A stretch of 46,007 bases of DNA from Methylophilaceae bacterium (GCA_025362115.1 JANYIK010000072.1:1-46007), one strand, 5' to 3'; numbered from the stretch's first letter, positions 39,875-45,998 are shown. Made by a program: numbers and translations. Notes: generated from the letters alone by a model not told the origin.

Positions 39875-40630
39875 CTACAAGGCTCTAAGCACGCCGATAA
39901 TGACTTGTTCCAACCTTAGATTTTCCAGTATCTCCAAACCGCTGTTGATCACCACGTCCGGCTTGGGATGCTGCAACTCTTGTGCAATTTGCGTCAAAGC
40001 CTGCAAGCCGGTTGATGTTCCCTCTGCCAGCAAGGCCAACAGACGTGCGCTCACCGGATTCAACACGATGAACTTCACTTCATCATCGGCGCGTCTGAAA
40101 GCCACAATCTGCGTGGGTTGGCTGTCAGGTTGCGTTGGTTTGTAGCGCTTGCCAATACGCTGCACTGCGTAAGGGTAACTCAGCAGAGCCAGCGCTGGCG
40201 TCAATACCGGACAAGATGTCAGTAAATCGCCTTGTGGATCAACATGCTCGGGCATTACCGCGTCCGAAACCGCCAGCGACAACTCTATCCATTCGTAGTG
40301 AGTCAAGCTGTGCAGGAACGGCGGATAGTCGGTTTGCGGCTCTGCTTCTAGCCAGCGCAAAAATTCTTCCGGTATCTGGCGAAATATCGGCGTGGCGCAC
40401 TGATGCTGCACAAAAAAGCGTCTTACCAAGCGCGTCCAGCGCCGCACACCCAGCACTTCTCGAGTCAGCGGAAAGCAAGACTCTACTAATCCTTGCAGAT
40501 TGTTGAACACAATCTCGTTATACACCGCCATACGCCGCACGCTCACTCCAGCGGGACGTGGCGCAACTTTGGGGTTGCGGATATGGCGCGTGAATTCTGT
40601 CTGGTATTGCTGAAAAGCCGGCGCGTTCAC
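39875..40630 (-). CDS. DUF2063-family partner protein of the MNIO enzyme (HvfC/BufC-like)
   Basis: 251 aa. The N-terminal [15 protein letters not shown]...[12 protein letters not shown] pattern is typical of DUF2063. Its start overlaps the DUF692 stop by 4 nt. Confidence 0.8.
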   Translation of the reverse strand: MNAPAFQQYQTEFTRHIRNPKVAPRPAGVSVRRMAVYNEIVFNNLQGLVESCFPLTREVLGVRRWTRLVRRFFVQHQCATPIFRQIPEEFLRWLEAEPQTDYPPFLHSLTHYEWIELSLAVSDAVMPEHVDPQGDLLTSCPVLTPALALLSYPYAVQRIGKRYKPTQPDSQPTQIVAFRRADDEVKFIVLNPVSARLLALLAEGTSTGLQALTQIAQELQHPKPDVVINSGLEILENLRLEQVIIGVLRAL

Positions 40631-41490
40631 GCTGCGCCCTTCTTTTGTGGCGTAACACTATGGCGCTGCTGCAATAGGGCAATGTGATTGATTTCCTGCT
40701 CCAACTCGGCAAGCGGTGGCATATTGGTGTCGCGCTCCAGCAAGGTGGGCGCTACGCCAAATAGCCTATACGTCTCTTCCAGCAAGTCCCACACGGGGTC
40801 TATCACCGGCGCACCGTGGGTATCAATCACCAAATCCTCTGCCTCGCGCAAATGGCCTGCGGTGTGGATGTAAGCGATACGCTCCCCGGGCAAGCTACGC
40901 AGAAACTCCTGCGGATCGAAGCTAAAATTGACGCTGTTGACGTAGATATTATTCACGTCCAGATGCAAATTGCAGTCTGCCTCTTCCAGCACGGCGCGGA
41001 TAAAGGTCAGCTCATCCATCTCAGCGATGGGCGCGGCAACGTAGTAAGAAGAGTTTTCTACCGCGATGCGGCGTTCCAGAATGTCCTGGGTGCGGCGTAT
41101 GCGCGCAGCGACGTGTTTGACTGCCTCCTCAGTAAAAGGAATGGGCAGCAAGTCATACAAATAGCCATTGGCGCTGCAATAGCTCAGGTGTTCGGTATAA
41201 AGCGGGATACGATACTGCTCAAGAAAACCTTTGACGCGCTGCAAAAACACCTCATTCAGCGGGTCCGGCCCACCCAAAGACAACGATAAACCGTGGGCGA
41301 CGATGGGATAGCGTTCAGCAAACCAAGCAAGCTGGCGCGCGCGCGCGCCGCCTATGCCTATCCAGTTTTCTGGCGCGATTTCAAAAAAATCTATGGCGGA
41401 GGGGGGGGTGATAGGATCTCTGGCCTGAAGTTGGGGCATTAACTCCCGCTTCAGGCCGAGTCCTGCGCCAAAGAGTGCCTTGGCATTCAT
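40627..41490 (-). CDS. DUF692 multinuclear non-heme iron oxidase (MNIO; MbnB/HvfB/BufB family)
   Basis: 287 aa with [59 protein letters not shown] and LERD. This is the TIM-barrel DUF692 motif series. Confidence 0.88.
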   Translation of the reverse strand: MNAKALFGAGLGLKRELMPQLQARDPITPPSAIDFFEIAPENWIGIGGARARQLAWFAERYPIVAHGLSLSLGGPDPLNEVFLQRVKGFLEQYRIPLYTEHLSYCSANGYLYDLLPIPFTEEAVKHVAARIRRTQDILERRIAVENSSYYVAAPIAEMDELTFIRAVLEEADCNLHLDVNNIYVNSVNFSFDPQEFLRSLPGERIAYIHTAGHLREAEDLVIDTHGAPVIDPVWDLLEETYRLFGVAPTLLERDTNMPPLAELEQEINHIALLQQRHSVTPQKKGAA

Positions 41491-41496
41491 TGCAAA

Positions 41497-41838
41497 TTAC
41501 TTCTTGTCGGCGTGGCAGCTACCTTCTTTGGCTTTTTTGTCTGCGCTGCAAGTCGCTTCTTTGGCTTTCATTTCAGCGCTGCAATTACCTTCTTTCGCAG
41601 CCTTCATTTCTGCACTACAAGTCGCTTCTTTGGCTTTTTCTTCCATGGCTTTTTTCTTGGCAGCGCTACACTTGCCGGTGCCACATTTGCCATCCTTTGC
41701 GTCGGCCACTTGATAGGCTTTGGTCAAAGCGTTCATTGCGAATGGGTTTTGATCGGCGTTGACCACTGGCGACATCGCCAGAGAGGCTGCGAAGGTACCA
41801 CCGAGAACGATGGCGAGGGTTTTCTTTTGTGCGTTCAT
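41497..41838 (-). CDS. Secreted 6-Cys repeat peptide, putative RiPP precursor (HvfA-like)
   Basis: 113 aa. AAGGAG precedes the ATG. The signal peptide ends VNA, followed by DQNPFAMNALTKAYQVADA. Then come DGKCG, TGKCS and four Lys/Glu-rich units: KEATCSAEMKA, KEGNCSAEMKA, KEATCSADKKA and KEGSCHADKK. The stop lies 6 nt before the DUF692 start. Confidence 0.8.
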   Translation of the reverse strand: MNAQKKTLAIVLGGTFAASLAMSPVVNADQNPFAMNALTKAYQVADAKDGKCGTGKCSAAKKKAMEEKAKEATCSAEMKAAKEGNCSAEMKAKEATCSADKKAKEGSCHADKK

Positions 41839-41877
41839 TTGTAAAGCTCCTTAAAGTAAAAAAATAAAAAGTACTAC

Positions 41878-42120
41878 TTAATGTTGATGCAGTTTCTCGC
41901 GGATGGTATCTCTTGCTGAATCAGACAACTTGACGCTTTCGTCTTGCTCCTCACGACGCAATTGCTGTTGCAACGCCGTTCGTAACAAACGCAACTGTGC
42001 GACAAACTGGCTACACGGATCGCAAATACTCAGATGCAACCACATGGCAAAACGTTCCCGCCGGGTCAAGGGGCGATCCAACGCTTGAGAGGCCAAACGA
42101 CTCGCTTGCTTGCAGCTCAT
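41878..42120 (-). CDS. Soluble zinc-binding (ZAS-type) anti-sigma factor
   Basis: 80 aa counted from the ATG at 42120, which has GGAG 6 nt upstream. An alternative ATG is at 42126. The ligand pattern is C3-x25-H29-x3-C33-x2-C36, and there is no TM segment. It lies directly downstream of the ECF sigma gene. Confidence 0.75.
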   Translation of the reverse strand: MSCKQASRLASQALDRPLTRRERFAMWLHLSICDPCSQFVAQLRLLRTALQQQLRREEQDESVKLSDSARDTIREKLHQH

Positions 42121-42155
42121 CTTCATCTCCCTCAAAATAAAACGGTTTATCGCAA

Positions 42156-42776
42156 TCACATGCCGCTCCGCTCCGCGCTGGTTCTTTTCAACCAATGCAT
42201 CTCCATACATTTACGTAGACCCATGCGAGAGCGGTACAGCATCACCCATGCATTCGTCGCCGAGATTTCCAGTTCCTTACAAATTGTTTCGTTATCTTCC
42301 TCTTCTATTTCACGCAGCAAAAACAAGCGCGCTAAATTCTTGGGTAGGCGATCCAGGCAGCCTTGTAATATCTGCCAAAACTCCTGTTGCTCCATCAGCC
42401 TCGCCGGGTCGCCCAGTGAAGAAGGTTTCTCAGTCCAATGGTTAGAGTCATCAAAAAATTCATCCATACCGGGCTCACTCATTTCTTCTGGCGGGTCTTC
42501 ATCATATAAAGGCTGTTCGCGCTGAGCGCGGCGCATCAAATCAATAATCTTATGCTTGAGAATGCCAGTGAGCCAGGTGCGCGCAGAGGATTTTCCAGTA
42601 AAACTATCGCTACTTTTTATCGCTGCCAGCAAGGTTTCCTGCACCGCATCTTCCGCCAAATGTTGGTCACGCAACCGCGTCAGTGCAAAGCGATAGAGGT
42701 AATCGCCATGTTCGTTAAGCCAGTCGTTCGGATTGGGGGTATCGGTTTGATTCAGTATTTTCTCCATATGCCGCAT
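42156..42776 (-). CDS. ECF-type sigma-70 family RNA polymerase sigma factor
   Basis: Region 2 LYRFALTRLRDQHLAEDAVQETLL and region 4 ETICKELEISATNAWVMLYRSR are present, with a long acidic linker between them. Confidence 0.88.
   Translation of the reverse strand: MRHMEKILNQTDTPNPNDWLNEHGDYLYRFALTRLRDQHLAEDAVQETLLAAIKSSDSFTGKSSARTWLTGILKHKIIDLMRRAQREQPLYDEDPPEEMSEPGMDEFFDDSNHWTEKPSSLGDPARLMEQQEFWQILQGCLDRLPKNLARLFLLREIEEEDNETICKELEISATNAWVMLYRSRMGLRKCMEMHWLKRTSAERSGM
42251..42281 (-). promoter_or_regulatory. Candidate ECF-type promoter, copy 2, inside the sigma gene 3' part
   Basis: The minus strand reads TGTAAG-GAACTGGAAATCTCGGC-GACGAATG. It has the same 6-N17-8 architecture as copies at 42877 and 45817. 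It lies about 130 nt upstream of the anti-sigma start. Confidence 0.5.
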
Positions 42777-42876
42777 TCAATCACAGAATGATTAAATTTT
42801 CTATGGTTAAAGTACATCTTCTCTAACAAGCCTATCGCCCTCAGATAGCCCTACTCAGTTAGGTTCTTTAAAAAAA

Positions 42877-42907
42877 TGTAAGGAATGGAAATACGGCCGG
42901 ACTAATG
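42877..42907 (+). promoter_or_regulatory. Candidate ECF-type promoter, copy 1, upstream of the EF-hand gene
   Basis: TGTAAG-GAATGGAAATACGGCCG-GACTAATG lies about 80 nt upstream of the ATG at 42987. An A-rich tract is immediately upstream. Confidence 0.5.
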
Positions 42908-42986
42908 GCTGTCATAAACAAATTTATGATGTTCACAAATTTGCAACCTTTACTATTTATGCTTCAACTTTTTAGGGAGATTTATC

Positions 42987-43454
42987 ATGGCAATTCAATT
43001 TAAGCAAACCGCAATCGCAATCGGCGTAGCACTGGCGGCTTTTTCAACTGTTGCATCCGCTGATGCAATGATAGGCAGTGGTGGCTACAGCAAACTGCAC
43101 ACCATGGAAATGATGAAAATGATCGATGCTGATGGTAACCACATGGTAACCAAAGACGAATTCATGAATTATTACGGTGAGATTTTCGATGCACTGGATA
43201 CTGACAAAGACGGTTCGATTGACGCTAAGGAATGGGTTGGCACCAAGGGTGATAACAAGATCAGCATCGCTACCGGTGGCTATAGTTCACAACTGCGTAC
43301 CATGAAGATGATGAAAGCAATGGACACCAATGGTGACCACAAGGTAACCAAAGATGAGTTCATCAAGTTCCATGAGGCTATCTTCAATACGATGTCCAAA
43401 GGCGGTACCGAAGTTGATGGTAAAGGCTGGTTGGCTCGCACTACTGGCAACTAA
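42987..43454 (+). CDS. Secreted EF-hand calcium-binding protein, Met-rich, internally duplicated
   Basis: The signal peptide ends ASA. Three canonical 12-residue EF loops are DADGNHMVTKDE, DTDKDGSIDAKE and DTNGDHKVTKDE. Each half starts GGYS..L.TM.MMK. Confidence 0.85.
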   Translation: MAIQFKQTAIAIGVALAAFSTVASADAMIGSGGYSKLHTMEMMKMIDADGNHMVTKDEFMNYYGEIFDALDTDKDGSIDAKEWVGTKGDNKISIATGGYSSQLRTMKMMKAMDTNGDHKVTKDEFIKFHEAIFNTMSKGGTEVDGKGWLARTTGN

Positions 43455-43471
43455 GTTTTTAGCTTGACGTA

Positions 43472-43500
43472 AAAAAGGCCGACTATGTCGGCCTTTTTTG
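43472..43500. terminator. Bidirectional rho-independent terminator
   Basis: An A6 run, stem GGCCGAC/GTCGGCC with loop TAT, and a T6 run. It sits between the convergent EF-hand gene and the cluster 2 DUF2063 gene. Confidence 0.85.
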
Positions 43501-43579
43501 TTTATTACAGCTGTAATAAATTTGTGGCTATGGTTAAGAGCGAAGCATATCCTGAGGACTCACAATATAAGACATCACC

Positions 43580-44359
43580 CTATACAATAGCGATAACCAT
43601 ACCATTGGAAATCCAATTATTCAGATAATTAATAAAAGCGACAGGTGCTTCTTCTGTGTGCCATTGCGTTAGCAGTTCACACATATTAGCAAAATCATCA
43701 CCATGCACGATGGCCTGTATGAGCGCATACTCGTCCGCAGTCATTGAGCGAAATTCGGACAGGCGATCCAGGCCACGCCATAGCAACCAATAGCTCTCGG
43801 GTTGCGAATTGGCAGCGCCAGGACTTACACCTGCTCGCAAGCATTGCCAACTCTCAACGCTATTCCATTCTGCCGCAAATAATTGCACACTGGGATGTAA
43901 GCGCAAGCGCATTTCTGGCCAATTCTCGGCAGGAAGCATGCGTATATCCTCAATACTGATACTGACCGCATCTAAGGCATCAAATACGTCCAGTAACAAT
44001 CTTTCAAAGTTGGCGAATTCTGCCAATATTGGGTGTGCTGAGAACGGTGCGTTGTTCCGTAGAAAATCGGGTAAGTGGCTGGTGTAGTCGCGTAAGGAAG
44101 TATAGCGCGAAGGATGCTTAACGACGTATCCGTCCACCATCGCTTCAAACAACTCATCGCCCAAGTAAAGTCCTAACAACTCATGATTGGTGTCTATGGC
44201 CTCACGAAAACGCATTTTGTAGGCGTTATTATAGATTTGTAGCTTGGTGTCTACCGACGATTTGCCTTTAACCGCCACATGAGGTGCCAGTATATCGGGG
44301 TCTCCAGTGAGCAAGTAATCCAAAAAGGCTTGCTCTAGTGCTTGTAGTGCTTTAGGCAT
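43580..44359 (-). CDS. DUF2063-family partner protein (BufC-like), cluster 2
   Basis: 259 aa with LQIYNNAYKMRFREAI near the N-terminus. Its start overlaps the DUF692 stop by 8 nt. Confidence 0.75.
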   Translation of the reverse strand: MPKALQALEQAFLDYLLTGDPDILAPHVAVKGKSSVDTKLQIYNNAYKMRFREAIDTNHELLGLYLGDELFEAMVDGYVVKHPSRYTSLRDYTSHLPDFLRNNAPFSAHPILAEFANFERLLLDVFDALDAVSISIEDIRMLPAENWPEMRLRLHPSVQLFAAEWNSVESWQCLRAGVSPGAANSQPESYWLLWRGLDRLSEFRSMTADEYALIQAIVHGDDFANMCELLTQWHTEEAPVAFINYLNNWISNGMVIAIV

Positions 44360-45218
44360 GAAGTACCAAGTTTTCTGGTTTGGGTACTTCGTCTAGTTCT
44401 AGTGTTTGTAGGAATAACTGCCGCGCTTGAGCAAGCTCCGCATGGAGTTCTTCAAAAACAGGAATGTTGCCATCGCGTTCTATCATGGTGCTGACCGCAC
44501 CAAAGTGCATTAAAGCTTTACGATAAAGCGACCAAACATCGTCACATACATTGTGGTCGTGAGTGTCAATCACATAATCGCCATAGTCAGAATGTCCCGC
44601 CAGATGAAATTGCCTGACCCTTTTGGGATCAATTGCTTCAAGGTATTGCTCAGCGCAAAAACCATGATTACGCGAACTGACGTAGATATTGTTGATGTCC
44701 AACAGAATAAAGCAATCCGCTTGGTTTGCGACTTCACTTAAAAACTCTACCTCGCTCATATCCGCATGATTGAAGTCCAAATAACTAGAAGGATTTTCTA
44801 GTAATATTTGACGACCAAGAAAGTCTTGCACTTGTTGCACGCGGCTTACTACATGAGCCAATGCTTCTTGCGTATAGGGCAGAGGAAGCAGATCATGACT
44901 ATTGATGTGGTTTACCGTTGTCCAGCATAGGTGATCAGAAATCCACTCGGGTTCAATCTCTGCTACTAAAGCACGGAGTTGTTTGAGGTAATCAGTATTC
45001 AGCGGATCGGTTGAACCAATTGAGAGCGAAACTCCGTGCATCACTATGGGGTAGTGTTCCCGCACTTGATGTAGATAGTATTTCGGTTTTCCACCGCCAA
45101 CGAAGTAGTTTTCAGTAAGAATTTCAAACCAGTCTACTAATGGACGCTCTTGGATGACATAGTCGTAATGCGGCGTACGCAAGCCAAGGCCAAAACCTAA
45201 AAAGTGTGAGTCATGCAT
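44352..45218 (-). CDS. DUF692 multinuclear non-heme iron oxidase (MNIO), cluster 2
   Basis: 288 aa with GFGLGLRTPHY, WFEILTENY, MHGVSLSIGS, ISDHLCW, LLENPSSY, LLDINNIYVSS, HLAGH, IDTHD and IERD. Confidence 0.88.
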   Translation of the reverse strand: MHDSHFLGFGLGLRTPHYDYVIQERPLVDWFEILTENYFVGGGKPKYYLHQVREHYPIVMHGVSLSIGSTDPLNTDYLKQLRALVAEIEPEWISDHLCWTTVNHINSHDLLPLPYTQEALAHVVSRVQQVQDFLGRQILLENPSSYLDFNHADMSEVEFLSEVANQADCFILLDINNIYVSSRNHGFCAEQYLEAIDPKRVRQFHLAGHSDYGDYVIDTHDHNVCDDVWSLYRKALMHFGAVSTMIERDGNIPVFEELHAELAQARQLFLQTLELDEVPKPENLVLHA

Positions 45219-45231
45219 ATAAAAACCTAGA

Positions 45232-45258
45232 TGCGTCGGAACATAAAATTCCGACGCA
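45232..45258 (-). promoter_or_regulatory. Intercistronic stem-loop between precursor 2 and its MNIO gene
   Basis: A 10-bp stem, TGCGTCGGAA/TTCCGACGCA, closes a 7-nt loop. On the transcribed strand it is followed by ATCTAGGTTTTTAT and then the ATG at 45218. Confidence 0.6.
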
Positions 45259-45275
45259 ACGTACTGAATGGCAGA

Positions 45276-45722
45276 TTATACTTTTCCGCCAAGATCGTCA
45301 CAGGCTTTTTGTGGAACGCTGACAAAGCCGTGACCTTTGCAACTGCCCATACCAGCACAAGCGTTGTCTGCCGTCTTGCAATCGTTGTGACCCTTGCAAG
45401 AATTCACGCCAGTGCACTGTTTAAGATCAGCCTTGGCAACACTGCCCCAATAACCATCTTTGATTGATCCACCCATTTGACCACAGGCTTTGCTCGGCAC
45501 GGCAACGAATCCTTGACCTTTACAGCTGGCCATGCCAGCACAAGCATTATTCGCAGTTTTGCAGTCATTATGCCCTTTACATTGATTGAGACCAGAGCAA
45601 TGAATGAGATTGGTAGAGTCATCACTGCCAGCGAACGCACTAGAAGCCGTCGACATGAGACCTGCAGCTGCAAGAGCAAGAGCGACACCAGCGTGTTTTC
45701 CAGATTTTTTAAGTAGTTGCAT
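45276..45722 (-). CDS. Secreted 12-Cys peptide, putative RiPP precursor (bufferin BufA2-like 6/12-Cys type)
   Basis: The ATG at 45722 has AAGGA 7 nt upstream. The signal peptide ends AFA. Two homologous 6-Cys modules follow: CSGLNQCKGHNDCKTANNACAGMASCKGQGFVAVPSKAC and CTGVNSCKGHNDCKTADNACAGMGSCKGHGFVSVPQKAC. Confidence 0.85.
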   Translation of the reverse strand: MQLLKKSGKHAGVALALAAAGLMSTASSAFAGSDDSTNLIHCSGLNQCKGHNDCKTANNACAGMASCKGQGFVAVPSKACGQMGGSIKDGYWGSVAKADLKQCTGVNSCKGHNDCKTADNACAGMGSCKGHGFVSVPQKACDDLGGKV

Positions 45723-45763
45723 AGCCAAATCCTTTCAATATGAGTAAGAGAGACGAATAGAAA

Positions 45764-45782
45764 TTGAAGACCTTGCCTTCAA
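45764..45782. promoter_or_regulatory. Inverted repeat TTGAAG-N7-CTTCAA in the precursor 2 leader
   Basis: A perfect 6-bp inverted repeat, extendable to about 8 bp as an RNA hairpin. It lies between the candidate promoter (45787-45817) and the start codon (45722). Confidence 0.45.
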
Positions 45783-45786
45783 CTTT

Positions 45787-45817
45787 CATTAGTCGCAAAT
45801 TGCCTAGAGAACTTACA
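45787..45817 (-). promoter_or_regulatory. Candidate ECF-type promoter, copy 3, upstream of the 12-Cys precursor
   Basis: The minus strand reads TGTAAG-TTCTCTAGGCAATTTGC-GACTAATG, about 65 nt upstream of the ATG at 45722. The upstream flank is AT-rich. Confidence 0.5.
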
Positions 45818-45915
45818 TCGGTTTGGAAATTTATTTAGATCAAAGTCGGCTATGCCGATTTTTTTAGGGACTTATATACTTAACTTCCTAGGAGTGGAAA
45901 ATGTGGTTCGATACA

Positions 45916-45998
45916 TTCTCCGTTCGTCCCCGTATCAAGTACGGGGCAGGCTCTGAGTAAGCGGCGAAGCCGCTATATCGAAGGATACGAACGGAGAA
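45916..45998. repeat. Nested-hairpin REP/MITE-like element at the window edge
   Basis: A 12-bp outer inverted repeat, TTCTCCGTTCGT/ACGAACGGAGAA, encloses two hairpins. These are CCCCGTA/TACGGGG (45928-45946) and AGCGGC/GCCGCT (45960-45974). Confidence 0.55.

Noticed and set aside
41480-41844. Plus-strand ORFs with repeated FLSALQVASLAF-like units opposite precursor 1
   Set aside because: They are mirror images of the tandem repeats in the minus-strand precursor. Only the minus-strand frame has an RBS, a signal peptide and operon logic with the DUF692 gene.
40816-42525. Plus-strand ORFs (40816-41289 and 42034-42525) across the MNIO, anti-sigma and sigma genes
   Set aside because: They are antisense to ORFs with full DUF692 and ECF sigma motif sets, and their translations are featureless.
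45916-45998. Three-way-junction element as a hammerhead-type ribozyme
   Set aside because: The CTGAGTA segment does not fit the CUGANGA core, and no GAAA follows the second stem. A REP/MITE-like repeat explains it better.
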